Shown: one piece after another, positions 37,128-47,261 of the stretch | Numbering within the stretch: the first letter of the stretch is position 1 | Layout of the letters: every line of letters starts with the position of its first letter | Assembly: GCA_965200315.1 (NCBI GenBank) | Contig: OZ241362.1 | Location: 4,480,001 to 4,544,000, forward strand | Reading direction: 5' to 3' | Source of the DNA: Candidatus Latescibacterota bacterium | GTDB taxonomy: Bacteria; Latescibacterota; UBA2968; UBA8231 | DNA length: 64,000 nt | Program-made: the position numbers and the translations under genes | The notes under the pieces: model-generated | What the model saw: the letters and a program-made list of their open reading frames with translations, nothing else | Databases searched by the model: none | Told to the model about the DNA's origin: nothing

Positions 37128-38554
37128 AGCGGTGGGCCGTACAGCAGCACGGCCCGCGCCCACGCGCTATGCGCTCGGTCGGGCGACAAGCGCGGCTTGC
37201 TGGCCAAGGCGCCCACGCGCTCGGCACGGCCCTGTCGCCCGTAGAGCTGGAGAGCGAGGGCCTCTCCAATGTGCGGCAGTGGGCTGAGATCAGCGGGGTG
37301 GTCGTACGATCTTTCGATAAAATGCACAACCTGCTCGGCAGCCGCGGCAAAGCGCTCCTCCCCGCTCCACTCGCCCAACTCCCATAGAGCCAATGCCACC
37401 AAGGCTTGATCGACGAGCAGACCCGCGCTGCCTTCGCTGTCTGAGCCACAGACGTGCTGCACCCGGCCACGACCGTCGATGCAGCGGTTGAGGAGCACAT
37501 CGCCAGCTTGCAGGGCCACCTGAGCAGCGCGGTCGTCACCTAGCGCAGCGGCTGCAGCAAGATAGGCTCGTATCAGGGCCGCTTGGCGGTCGGCGTAGAG
37601 CGCGGGGTCGGTCCACCAAGTGTCGGCCATGACTTGGCGGCCGCGGAACACACCTTCGGCTTTGTCAAAGAGTGTATCCTCCACAAAGCCGAGCAACGCT
37701 CTGGCCGACTCGGCGTAGCGGGACTGGCCAGCCTCCAGCAACAGATGCAGCATGGCCGCCTGATCAAGGGCATCCCGCTCATTCGCAGGTGCGCTCCAAT
37801 CCGGTGTGTATGAGTACGCGCGAAAACCACCGCTGTCCCCGAGCGGCGAGGCGAGCACTGCATCCAAGCTGGCCAAGGCCATCTGACGCGCCGACGCTGC
37901 GCCTCGCACCTCGGCATAGGTGAGCAGGAAGCGCAACGTCGAAATTTCGAGAAACTTGGTCGGGCCTCCGAAGCCGCCGTGGGCCGAGTCAAAAGCGGCC
38001 GCACACGCGCGGTAAACACCATCTATTGCAACAGGTTTCTCAACCTTGGGACGGGCAGTGGTGCGCTGCACCTTGGCGACGATTACTTCGCGCTTTTCTT
38101 CGTAGGTGGTGCGCAACCGGCGCAGATAAGACTCGACGTTGGCTGGCGGAATATCCACGGCCCGCGCGAAAATCCGCCCATCCGGCAGGGCCACCACCAA
38201 GGCCGGCCAACCGCCGCTGTCGTAGCGCCGAGCGATGTCCGGCCGCTTGAATGGATCGACCCGCACACTGACGAATTTCTCGGCGACCAGTTGGCGCAAC
38301 GCCGGCGTCGGCGCGGGAAACAGGCCCTCGCATCCTGGGGCAGCCAAATACACCAATATGGGATGGTCCTCGCGTTGAGCACGTGCGAACAAAGACTCGT
38401 CCCAAGCACCCCAAGGCACCTCGCCATCAACCCACTGCCACTCGGCCAAAACGGGCTGCGCGCTGCGAGCCGCTTCTTCTTGCGGCGGTTCCTCTGGGAT
38501 GGCGCATCCAGCCAACATTAGCAGCGCCAGTAGCTTGGCCTTAAATTGATACAT
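37124..38554 (-). CDS. DUF255/YyaL-like thioredoxin plus alpha/alpha-toroid lipoprotein
   Basis: Lipobox LAGC; W..W....FARA, RPDIARRY..GGWP, GGFGGPTKF and LDQA motifs. Confidence 0.75.
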   Translation of the reverse strand: MYQFKAKLLALLMLAGCAIPEEPPQEEAARSAQPVLAEWQWVDGEVPWGAWDESLFARAQREDHPILVYLAAPGCEGLFPAPTPALRQLVAEKFVSVRVDPFKRPDIARRYDSGGWPALVVALPDGRIFARAVDIPPANVESYLRRLRTTYEEKREVIVAKVQRTTARPKVEKPVAIDGVYRACAAAFDSAHGGFGGPTKFLEISTLRFLLTYAEVRGAASARQMALASLDAVLASPLGDSGGFRAYSYTPDWSAPANERDALDQAAMLHLLLEAGQSRYAESARALLGFVEDTLFDKAEGVFRGRQVMADTWWTDPALYADRQAALIRAYLAAAAALGDDRAAQVALQAGDVLLNRCIDGRGRVQHVCGSDSEGSAGLLVDQALVALALWELGEWSGEERFAAAAEQVVHFIERSYDHPADLSPLPHIGEALALQLYGRQGRAERVGALASKPRLSPDRAHSAWARAVLLYGPPL

Positions 38555-38604
38555 CTCTTTTATATTCAATGAGTTCGGGATAATTTATAAAGGAAAGGAT
38601 TTTT

Positions 38605-38633
38605 AATGTACGGCATGCCCCTGTGAGCGTCAA
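38605..38633 (-). promoter_or_regulatory. sigma70 promoter of the DUF255-rfbD-GT operon
   Basis: TTGACG-N17-TACATT. Confidence 0.6.
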
Positions 38634-38761
38634 GCAAATCCCAAGGGAGCGGGCTTTTTGCGCCGGGTGGTTTGGCCTATGTTAGTGGCCAGGCCCCGCG
38701 CCCGTAGGGGCTGGGAGTTGGGAGGACTGCTCACTAACCACTAACTACTGAGGATCACGCC

Positions 38762-39745
38762 ATGAATCCACTCGAAAAAGTTACCCTCGGCAGTGGCGGC
38801 CTGCGCGTCACCCGCCTCGGCTTGGGCTGCGCCTCTATCGGCGGTCTATACGGCGACATACCCGACGACCAAGCCGTCGCCGTCGTACACCGCGCCCTGT
38901 CTTTGGGCCTGAACCTCTTAGACACCGCACCGCTGTACGGGTCGGGCAAAAGCGAAATCCGCCTCGGGCAGGCCCTCGTAGGCGTGCCGCGCGACAGCTA
39001 TGTGCTCGCGTCCAAAGTGGGGCGCGTCTTGGTCCCAACCGAACAAGACCAACAGGTGGGTGCGTTCAAGGACTCGGCCCCGTACCAACCCGTGTTCGAC
39101 TTCAGCTACGACGGCGTTATGCGCTCCTTTGAAGACAGCCTCAAACGCCTAGGCATAGAGCGCATCGACATTCTCCACATCCACGACCCGGACAACCACT
39201 GGCAGGAAGCCATCGACAATGCGTACCCCGCGCTCGACACGCTGCGCAGCGAGGGTATTATCCGCGCCGTTAGTGCGGGCATGAACCAATGGGAAATGCT
39301 GGCCCGCTTTGCCCGCGAGGGCGATTTCGACTGCTTCCTCCTCGCCGGACGCTACAGCTTACTCGACCAAGGCGCGCTCGACGAACTCTTGCCACTGTGC
39401 GTGGAAAAGAACATCGGCATCATGGCCGGCGGCACGTACAACAGCGGCATCTTGGCCAAAGGCGCGCACCCGGGCGCGACTTACAACTACCGAGAAGCGC
39501 CGCCCGAAATTGCGGCTAGAGCCAAATCCCTAGAGGCTGTGGCCGCTCGCCACCAAGTTGATCTGCGAGCGGCGGCCTCGCAATTCGTCTTTGCCCATCC
39601 GGCCATCACCTGCATCATCCCCGGGACGCGGCAACCCGAGCGCGTACAAGAGAATTTCAACTTGCTTACTCAGGAGATCCCCGCCTCGTTTTGGGCCGAA
39701 CTCCGCGACGAGGGCTTAGTCCGCGACGACGCCCCGCTGCCGTGA
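38762..39745 (+). CDS. Aldo/keto reductase (D-threo-aldose dehydrogenase-like)
   Basis: DTAPLYG.G.SE, SKVGR, FDFSYDG, HIHDPD and LAGRYSLL motifs. Confidence 0.9.
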   Translation: MNPLEKVTLGSGGLRVTRLGLGCASIGGLYGDIPDDQAVAVVHRALSLGLNLLDTAPLYGSGKSEIRLGQALVGVPRDSYVLASKVGRVLVPTEQDQQVGAFKDSAPYQPVFDFSYDGVMRSFEDSLKRLGIERIDILHIHDPDNHWQEAIDNAYPALDTLRSEGIIRAVSAGMNQWEMLARFAREGDFDCFLLAGRYSLLDQGALDELLPLCVEKNIGIMAGGTYNSGILAKGAHPGATYNYREAPPEIAARAKSLEAVAARHQVDLRAAASQFVFAHPAITCIIPGTRQPERVQENFNLLTQEIPASFWAELRDEGLVRDDAPLP

Positions 39746-39772
39746 GCTTGTGCATTGCCGGCAGCGCGGATT

Positions 39773-39874
39773 TTTCAAGCGCACTATCCCCAATGGCAAT
39801 GCGAATACGACATCGAGCAGACGCTGCGGGAAACAGTGGAGGCAGCCCAAGAGCGAGAGGCCGATAGGGCATGA
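39773..39874 (+). pseudogene. Orphan C-terminal remnant, possibly of an NAD-dependent sugar epimerase
   Basis: Start-less frame FQAHYPQWQCEYDIEQTLRETVEAAQEREADRA*, resembling the end of CDP-paratose 2-epimerase-like proteins (from recall). Confidence 0.4.
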
Positions 39875-39905
39875 ATGACCCCTATACCGCGACCTACGCT
39901 CCAAG

Positions 39906-40890
39906 CTACTTGAGGTAAAGCAACCGTCGGGTCTGGACTTCGCCGGAGTAGTGCAGACGGCTGAGATAGACGCCCGCCGCTACTGGGCCCCCACTGGTCG
40001 CGGGCGTCCCAGTGGACCTAATAAAAGCCGGTGGCCTGGAACTCATCTGCCAGTGTATGCATCGGCTGTCCCAGAACATTAGTAGATCTCCAGTCTCACC
40101 GGGCCAGGGGTGGCCAAGCGATAGGCGATCTGGGTGCTGGCATTGAAGAGATTGAGGAAATTGGGATATAGGCCACTGATGATCGACGTCACCGCCTTGG
40201 CCGCACCCGGATCGTCTGGATTGTTTTCACGCATGAGGACCTGCACCTCAATGGCCGACAATGTTCCATCGTATATTCTGAGGTCGTCCGACGCACCCGA
40301 GAGAACCTGCCCCGCGTCGCCCCCCCCACCGAACGTATCCTGATCTTGACCGAGAATGAGCCCTCCCGCCTCGACCTTGAGTGTGTCGTACGCCAAGTGC
40401 CCACAATGCTTGGTATACCCCTCGCCATCAATGAAAAAGTCGGCATGGCCCCGCGAGGCATTGCGAATCACGGCAAAGTGGTGCCAAGTGCCGTCGGCAA
40501 TCGGTTGGATTTCTACGTCGCACCAGACCTGATTTCTCCCCACTCTCCCATGCGAATAGAAGCGGATCAGGCCTTCGTTCAAAAAAAGACAATATATTCG
40601 TTGTCGTTGAGTTGGTTGGCGCCGCTGACAATGGTTTGATCCCCAGACTTGGAGGTTTTCAACCAGAAGGCGATGGTCACATCCAGCCGGCCATCGAGCA
40701 CTTTGTGCGGCAGGTCAATGCGATGGTCAGTACCGTGGAAGAGAATAGTACTATCTTCGTTGCCAAAGCGATCCCATGTAGGTTCGGGGCCAGACAGGGT
40801 GCCGTGGTACTCGTTTCCACTGACGTCTCGGACATTGCCATTGAAGGGGTATAATGGGCAATCAATTCGGCTTCTCTGACCTTCCACCAT
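39906..40890 (-). pseudogene. LamG-like domain protein with FlgD/T9SS tail, pseudogene
   Basis: YPFNGN..D.SGN..HG, TIAFWLK, WHH, LGQDQD, DDLRIY; frameshift in the T7 run at 40581-40587, another near 40080, and an in-frame TAG at 40018-40020. Confidence 0.8.
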
Positions 40891-40948
40891 CCTGTTATTT
40901 CGCGACAGCTCTTTTGTCTCTCTTTTTATAGCTAGAAGCTATTAGAAG

Positions 40949-41797
40949 CTATCCGTTTAGCTCAAAGGCTCGTTGTTTGATGGCAGCGAACTGAGGGATG
41001 GACACCTTGCGTAGAGTCTCCACCACCTCTTTCCCCTCTAGAGAGCAGCCCGTCTCTTTCTCGTAGGCTAAAGCCACCCGTTGGCTTCCTAGGGAGTGGA
41101 CCAAATCCAACACGTCGGAGCTCCATCGTGGGCTATCCCCGTGGAATATACCCCGCCAGCCCTGTTTATCTACTTGCTTGACTGAGCAGAAACCACAAGA
41201 ACGCAACATGGCCTTTACACATTGGGCCGTGGGAGTCCACCAAGTCGTTGGATCGGCATTGACTTGCGCCCCTTCGCAAAAGCGCATAGAAGGGCTGCGA
41301 TTGTCCGGGCCTAGCAGACGGCGCTTGAGCCCCCCCCACAAGCCAAAAGGGGAGTCTAAACGCGTTTCCAAAATCAGCTTTTCGCGACACAAGCTTGCGA
41401 TGCGCTCTATACCAAGGAGGGGGTGGCGCAAGTGGTAGAGAACGCCCAGAAACAGGACGATATCAAAGCATCCATCCTCGTCTGGATCCAAACTGAACAA
41501 GTCTGCTTGGCGAAATTCCACTTTTGAATTAAGCAAGGTATGGGCCATGTGAAAACCGGACGGCGAGTCAACCAAGGGCGAACTGTAATTGTCCACGGCT
41601 AGGACACGAGAAGCCCCCCGACGCTCACATTCAAAGCTATAGAACCCATCTGAACAGCCGATATCAAGCACTGTCTTGCCGGAAAGATCCTCAGGTAGCT
41701 GCAACCGCTTAAGCAGGGCCGGCGAGTCCTGTACCCCCGGAGTTACTGTACCGTCGGGTAAGGAAATGCGGTGCCGCCACCGTGGTACATTCGTCAT
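40949..41797 (-). CDS. Class I SAM methyltransferase (DUF1698/CmoB-like)
   Basis: LSGKTVLDIGCSDGFYSF, FDIVLFLGVLYHLRHP and TWWTP motifs. Confidence 0.85.
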   Translation of the reverse strand: MTNVPRWRHRISLPDGTVTPGVQDSPALLKRLQLPEDLSGKTVLDIGCSDGFYSFECERRGASRVLAVDNYSSPLVDSPSGFHMAHTLLNSKVEFRQADLFSLDPDEDGCFDIVLFLGVLYHLRHPLLGIERIASLCREKLILETRLDSPFGLWGGLKRRLLGPDNRSPSMRFCEGAQVNADPTTWWTPTAQCVKAMLRSCGFCSVKQVDKQGWRGIFHGDSPRWSSDVLDLVHSLGSQRVALAYEKETGCSLEGKEVVETLRKVSIPQFAAIKQRAFELNG

Positions 41798-41995
41798 GTT
41801 CGAATACGCTCGGAAAAAAAGGATGGACAGAGATCCCCGAAGGACTCGGGCCGTTGTCCATCCTCATGGGAGAAGCTCTACCTAGTTATCAAAAGGCTCT
41901 TGTATTTGGCAGATAACCCGAAAAACCACAACACAGCGTACAGCCGTACAGCGAGGGGATAGACCCGGCCAAAATAGCGATGAGAAACCCGTATG

Positions 41996-42265
41996 TCAAT
42001 CAGCGTCACTAACTACCCGGTAGCCTATTACGCCGTCGTACTTGTAAAATTGCTCCAGAGGCAAACCGGCCTCCAAATAGTGCCGGATCGGCGCGTAACC
42101 GCTATAAGACGGATGTACGAACACATAGCCCAAGTTGACAGCTTGCACCAGATCCCGCAGCGATCCTGAGTGTGGGGCCTGCTTTAATGGCGCGTCGGAG
42201 AGAAAGCGATGCACCGAGTTGCTGCTCAGTAGTCGATCGCGCAAAAAGTTTGGCAAATGAGACAA
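41996..42265 (-). pseudogene. Probable C-terminal gene fragment
   Basis: Short ORF without a convincing start or RBS; its ending (YVFVH...YRV) resembles the tail of membrane glycosyltransferases; lies in the eroded island. Confidence 0.3.
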
Positions 42266-42416
42266 AAGCTCCCGTAGCTGTTCCCTGATAGCGGACCGAC
42301 GAGCTGCTGTTGGCGAAGCGGCGGCGGTATCAGCGTCGAATCACAGACACCTTCTTTATTGGAGAAAACGGGCGAGGCATTTCAAAAGACGCGAGCGGGC
42401 GGCAAGGGCAAATGAC

Positions 42417-44042
42417 CTATTGCTTGAGAAAACGCAGCACATACGTCGGCACCACCGGGTCGTGCCACACCACTTGGAAGCGGCTCTCGTACTCCTCGAT
42501 AGCCGGGTACAAGTACTGCCAAGTCTGCGCAAAACCGAGGTTCTCCAACACGACGTAATCTACCTTTTCGCGCTCCATATGGGCCAGCACTTTGGCCGGC
42601 TCGTCAAAGGGGAATCCGACGCAGCGCCGACCCGAGACGATGTACATCCAGTAACCCTTGCGGCACAGCACGATGGCGTCTTCCGCGGCATTGGTTTTGA
42701 GCCATTGACCGGCCTGGTAGTAGCGGTGCCAAGGCGGAAGATAGTCAGCGGCAGCGTAATCGGCTAGGCGCTTGACGCCTCCAAGTTGGCCGATGACGCA
42801 TACCAGAAAGCAGCCCCATACCACGAATCCGCCCACACTTCCCCTAGCCAGTCTAGCGCGAATTTGCAAAACAGCCCAGACTCCCAACAACACGAGCACC
42901 GGCACAATCGGCACCAGAAAGCGATCCCCCGGCCAAGGCCAGAGCAACACAATACCCATAAAAAAGGCCGCGTAGAGCAGCAGCAGCAGGTGTTCGCCGC
43001 GCTTGATGCAGAGCACCGTCACCGCAACGACGAGCGCGATTAGCAACAACGGTGCGGGGTGGAAAATCGTCTCAGTGCCGTCAAAAAAAGGCACTAGCGT
43101 ATAGGGCAATTCCTTCGTCAAATAGAGATGTACATGGCCGATAAAGCGCTCGACAAAGCCACCCACGTTGAGCAGCCCCCGCTCTGGGTAATAGGGATTG
43201 ACCATGAAGAGCTGCTTGATATAGACGCTGCCGCCACCTACCGCCTGATTGCGCAAGGTCCACGGCAGCCAGCAGACAAACGCCGCGCCGCTAAAGAGTA
43301 AACACCGCCGGAAATCGCGCCGGAGCAACAGATAGACGACCACAGCTACCCCTAGCGCGATCCCAACCGTGCGGATGTAGTACGCCCATAGCGTGCAGGC
43401 GAACCCGCCGACGAGCCACCAATTTCCCTTGAGGCCCTCGCGCCCGACGCCCCGTTCGACAAGCCACAGTGCCAAAAGCGAAAAGGTCAGATAGGGCACT
43501 TCGGACATGACTTGGTGTGCGTAGTGCAAAAGCAGCGGGCCGTAGGCTACGCCGCTTGGTCCGTGCGTCAAATAGCTCTTGCCTAGCACGACGCTCAGCA
43601 CCACCACCGCTAGGCCGGGCAAGACGCCCACCCGCTCCTTGGCCAATTGGTAGAGCACCCCCATCCCCAGTGAAAAGAGCACCAACACCCCAACCTTCAT
43701 CGGCACCCAATTGCCGGGAAAAGCCCATGCCAAAGGAGCCAGCAACAGGGGAAAGCCAAAAGGGTACTTGGTCGCTGGCTGCGGATCGGGCGAGTTGATG
43801 TGCGAAAGCCCCTCGCCTTGAGCCAGACTGCGCGCTAGCGTGATGAACTCGGCGTTATCGCCGCTCAAGGAAAGTTTGGGGTCGAAGGTCCAGATCCCTA
43901 GGAGGAATGTTGCCGCGACGATAAAAAAGGGAACCCGAGGCGTTTCCAATAACCCAACTATGCGCGTACCGATATCCGCTTTGAGATCCTGCTGCTCGGA
44001 TTTTTTAGGCGCTGCTCTCTTGTTTGGGGAGGATGCCTTCAT
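42417..44042 (-). CDS. GT-C fold (GT39/ArnT-like) membrane glycosyltransferase
   Basis: GDNAEFITLARSLAQG, YPFGFPLLL, MSEVPY, RFLVP; many TM helices. Confidence 0.8.
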   Translation of the reverse strand: MKASSPNKRAAPKKSEQQDLKADIGTRIVGLLETPRVPFFIVAATFLLGIWTFDPKLSLSGDNAEFITLARSLAQGEGLSHINSPDPQPATKYPFGFPLLLAPLAWAFPGNWVPMKVGVLVLFSLGMGVLYQLAKERVGVLPGLAVVVLSVVLGKSYLTHGPSGVAYGPLLLHYAHQVMSEVPYLTFSLLALWLVERGVGREGLKGNWWLVGGFACTLWAYYIRTVGIALGVAVVVYLLLRRDFRRCLLFSGAAFVCWLPWTLRNQAVGGGSVYIKQLFMVNPYYPERGLLNVGGFVERFIGHVHLYLTKELPYTLVPFFDGTETIFHPAPLLLIALVVAVTVLCIKRGEHLLLLLYAAFFMGIVLLWPWPGDRFLVPIVPVLVLLGVWAVLQIRARLARGSVGGFVVWGCFLVCVIGQLGGVKRLADYAAADYLPPWHRYYQAGQWLKTNAAEDAIVLCRKGYWMYIVSGRRCVGFPFDEPAKVLAHMEREKVDYVVLENLGFAQTWQYLYPAIEEYESRFQVVWHDPVVPTYVLRFLKQ

Positions 44043-44052
44043 GGGTAAACAC

Positions 44053-44757
44053 TCACGAGCTATCTGCCCAGCGTCCGATCTTAAAAGGTATGAGTAGCAA
44101 GTAAAACAAAACGAGCGCCACGCCATCGAGGATTGGGATATACCACGGCCACGGGGCAAAGAAAAACGGCGATTGGGTAACGGGCGGCCGGCTGAGGAAC
44201 ATATAATTGCTCCCCAGCACCCAATTGACGCCAAACGCGACAAGGGCCAAAAAGTTGAGCAGCGCAAAGACGCGGATGACGGACTTGGACGTCGGTCGCA
44301 TGCCGAGGCCCCAAGTTGCGAACAGCGCACCGGCGACGATGCCGCCGTGCGCGATGAAATACTGAAAGAAGCGATACGCTGGATAGTCAGCTATGAGTTG
44401 CGGCGTGACGACGGCGTTGGTCGCGCCGGCGAGTCCCCAGAAATAGGCGATTTCATACGCTGTCTGCCAGCGGAAGACGAGCGCGGCCGCGACGGCGAAG
44501 ATGGTAATGCTACAGACGTGCAACGGCAGGTACCACCGCACAAACTCGTGCGCTCCGACCATGGCCAAGCGATGGCCCCAAGGCAGGATTTCGTTGAGCA
44601 GGAGTACGCCCGCGAACGCGCCGCAGATGGCTTGAGTCACCTTGGCCGAATTGAGCCGCTTGACGACGATGGTCAAGAGGACCGGCAAGGCCAGCGTCGC
44701 ACCTATCGCGGCGAGGTGGGGAAAGCCGAGAAACTCGAACTGGCTTGCAGACATCAC
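44053..44757 (-). CDS. YwaF/TIGR02206-family integral membrane protein
   Basis: LPLHVC, FFQYFIAHG, SNYMFL..PP and PWPWY motifs. Confidence 0.85.
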   Translation of the reverse strand: MMSASQFEFLGFPHLAAIGATLALPVLLTIVVKRLNSAKVTQAICGAFAGVLLLNEILPWGHRLAMVGAHEFVRWYLPLHVCSITIFAVAAALVFRWQTAYEIAYFWGLAGATNAVVTPQLIADYPAYRFFQYFIAHGGIVAGALFATWGLGMRPTSKSVIRVFALLNFLALVAFGVNWVLGSNYMFLSRPPVTQSPFFFAPWPWYIPILDGVALVLFYLLLIPFKIGRWADSS

Positions 44758-44851
44758 GTCTCATCGCTCTCGTTTTCAGTACTTCTCAATGCAGCTTGGC
44801 CAATACGCGCTCGCAGTCCTTCCGCTTCATCTTCGCCAACCCAAAAACGCA

Positions 44852-44977
44852 CCTAAGTACCCGACCGTAGACTTGGGTGGGCATTTTTAGTATCGCCCTA
44901 AGATCGCGGGCCTCTGGCCCACAGGCGGGCAGGATGCCCGCGATCCCAAGAAAGACCTTACTGTCGGGTACTTTAGG
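44852..44977. mobile_element. MITE-like element with terminal inverted repeats and an internal REP-like hairpin
   Basis: Left CCTAAGTACCCGACCGTA versus right TACTGTCGGGTACTTTAGG; internal GATCGCGGGC...GCCCGCGATC at 44902-44945. Confidence 0.65.
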
Positions 44978-45057
44978 ACAGTAGTGCGCGAAAACTTGCC
45001 TAGCCCCCACCAGCCATATACCTTGTCGCGCACACCGCTTAACCGACAAGGACCCTT

Positions 45058-46590
45058 ATGAGCCAAGCACCCCGCCCCAACCTGCTTTACATCCACTCCG
45101 ACCAACACAGCCCCTACGTGGCCGGCTGCTATGGCGATCCCTTAGTCGAGACCCCCCACCTCGATGCCCTCGCCGAGCGCGGCGTGGTGTTCGACAACAC
45201 CTATTGCCCCTCGCCGATTTGTGTGCCCTCGCGGATGTCCATGCTCTCGGGCCGCTACCCCTGCGACAACCAAGTCTGGACCAACACCCACATCCTCGAC
45301 TCCGGCATCCCCACCCTCGCCCACGCCATGGGTGCTGGCGGCTACCGCCCGGTGCTCGTCGGCCGCATGCACTCAGTTGGGCCAGACCAACTACGCGGGT
45401 ACGCACAGCGGCTCGTCGGCGACCACGGCCCCAACCAACCCGGAGGCAAGGGCGTCGATCACGGCCAACTTTCGGGCACGGCCGGGCCGGGCCGCGTCAG
45501 CCTGCGCCTGTCCGGCCACGGCCAGAGTGCCTACGAGGTCCACGACGAAGACGTCACCGCCGCGACCGTTGACTACCTCAACCGCCTCGGCGTTGCCAAG
45601 CGCGCCGGCCAAGCCGCTGAGCCGTTTTCGCTCTCGGTTGGTTTCATGCTGCCGCACCAGCCTTTTGTCGCTCGCTTGCAAGACTATCGCTACTACTATG
45701 AAAACATCACCCCACCGCAAATCCCCGAACCCTTCGGCAACCACCTGCATCCCCACATCAAGTGCTGGCGTCAAGCCTGCGATATCGAGGAAGTCAGCGC
45801 GGAAGAGACCCGCCGCGCCCGCGCCGCCTATTGGGCGTTAGTCCACCGCATGGACGCGCTGATCGGCCAGATCGTAGCCGCGCTGCGGGAAAACGACTTG
45901 GAGGAAGATACCCTCATCCTCTATACGTCGGACCACGGCGAGCAGGTCGGCGAGCACGGGCTGTGGTGGAAGCAGACCTTTTACGAGGACTCGGTTAAGG
46001 TGCCGGCCATACTTACTTGGCCCGGGCGCTTGCCCGCCGGCACCCGTTGCGACCGGGTGATTTCTTCGCTCGACCTCAACGCGACCATGCTCGACGCCTT
46101 GGGCTGCCCGGCCCTGCCCCACTCGCGGGGCCGCAGCTTGCTGCCCTTGCTCGCGGCACCCCACAACGCCGCGTGGGACGACGTCGCCTTCTCCGAGTTC
46201 TGCCAAGACGCGGCCGGGGCCGGCGGCCCCTTCCCAGCAGAGGGCATTTTCCAGCGCATGATTCGGCGCGGGCCGTGGAAACTCAACTACTACCACGGCC
46301 AGCCCTGCCAGCTTTTTAACCTCCAAGACGATCCGCACGAGCGCTGCGACCTCGCAGCCGACCCGGCGCACCAAGAGACACTGGCCGCGCTCAAAGCCGA
46401 AGTCCTAGATGGGTGGGACCCAGAGTGGATCGCCGCGCGCATGGCTGCGTTCCGCGCTGACCGCTCCATACTAGCCGCGTGGGGCCGCACCGTCCAGCCC
46501 CCGGACCAGTGCCGCTGGAAGCTCGATCCGGCCATGGATTACCTCGACCGAGAGCAGCTCGACAACAGCCAGCGCAATACCAACAAATGA
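45058..46590 (+). CDS. Sulfatase (choline-sulfatase-like)
   Basis: PNLL...SDQH, TPHLD, CVPSR (formylglycine motif CxPxR) and SDHGE. Confidence 0.92.
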   Translation: MSQAPRPNLLYIHSDQHSPYVAGCYGDPLVETPHLDALAERGVVFDNTYCPSPICVPSRMSMLSGRYPCDNQVWTNTHILDSGIPTLAHAMGAGGYRPVLVGRMHSVGPDQLRGYAQRLVGDHGPNQPGGKGVDHGQLSGTAGPGRVSLRLSGHGQSAYEVHDEDVTAATVDYLNRLGVAKRAGQAAEPFSLSVGFMLPHQPFVARLQDYRYYYENITPPQIPEPFGNHLHPHIKCWRQACDIEEVSAEETRRARAAYWALVHRMDALIGQIVAALRENDLEEDTLILYTSDHGEQVGEHGLWWKQTFYEDSVKVPAILTWPGRLPAGTRCDRVISSLDLNATMLDALGCPALPHSRGRSLLPLLAAPHNAAWDDVAFSEFCQDAAGAGGPFPAEGIFQRMIRRGPWKLNYYHGQPCQLFNLQDDPHERCDLAADPAHQETLAALKAEVLDGWDPEWIAARMAAFRADRSILAAWGRTVQPPDQCRWKLDPAMDYLDREQLDNSQRNTNK

Positions 46591-47252
46591 CCCAATAGAG
46601 CGGCTGGTGCCAAGACTGTCGGCAGCCAGACGTAAGGCGCATAAGTCGCAAACGTGCTAGGCGGCTCGTTGGTGAAGACGCGGAACTCCGTCGGCATGGA
46701 GAGGACCGCGATGACAATTGCCTCGGCCAGTAGCATTAACCCAAGCGCATTCCAAGCCCATATCGAATAAGAGCCTACTTTGCCGCGCCAGACCAGCCAA
46801 GCCATGGCCGGCGCAGTCAAGCCAGCGAAGATGTCGAGATTGAGTCCCTCGGACGTCATCTGTACCGGTACCTGCCCGGCTTGGTACATTCCTCGTAAGA
46901 ACACGGCGACCGGCACGCGGAAAAACTGGAAGCCAATCAGCCCAACCGGGCCGACCGCAGCCACTAGCACAGTCCCCACCCGCGAAAAGGCCGCACCGCC
47001 CGTTAGGATCATCAAGGCCGTGAAGAGAGGTAGCGAAAAGCCGTGCAGTGCGCCCGAGAGCGCAGCTAGTCCGGTCGCCATCAACCAGAGCATCGCTCCC
47101 ATAGCCGCCCGCATCGTCCACAGGTCGGCGGCCTGCCCTACCCGCTGGGCCGCGACGCGCATGGCCAGTACGGAGAGCGCCAAAACGCCCAAGACCGTGG
47201 CGAAAAAGAGCGCGTCAATGCGGAGGGGGACCTTGTCGAGCGCTAGTTCCAT
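46539..47252 (-). CDS. Hypothetical membrane protein
   Basis: About 7 TM helices; FQFFR, DIFAG, WNALG and PYVWLP motifs; convergent 52-bp overlap with the sulfatase. Confidence 0.75.
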   Translation of the reverse strand: MELALDKVPLRIDALFFATVLGVLALSVLAMRVAAQRVGQAADLWTMRAAMGAMLWLMATGLAALSGALHGFSLPLFTALMILTGGAAFSRVGTVLVAAVGPVGLIGFQFFRVPVAVFLRGMYQAGQVPVQMTSEGLNLDIFAGLTAPAMAWLVWRGKVGSYSIWAWNALGLMLLAEAIVIAVLSMPTEFRVFTNEPPSTFATYAPYVWLPTVLAPAALLGHLLVLRWLLSSCSRSR

Positions 47253-47261
47253 ATCACTTGC

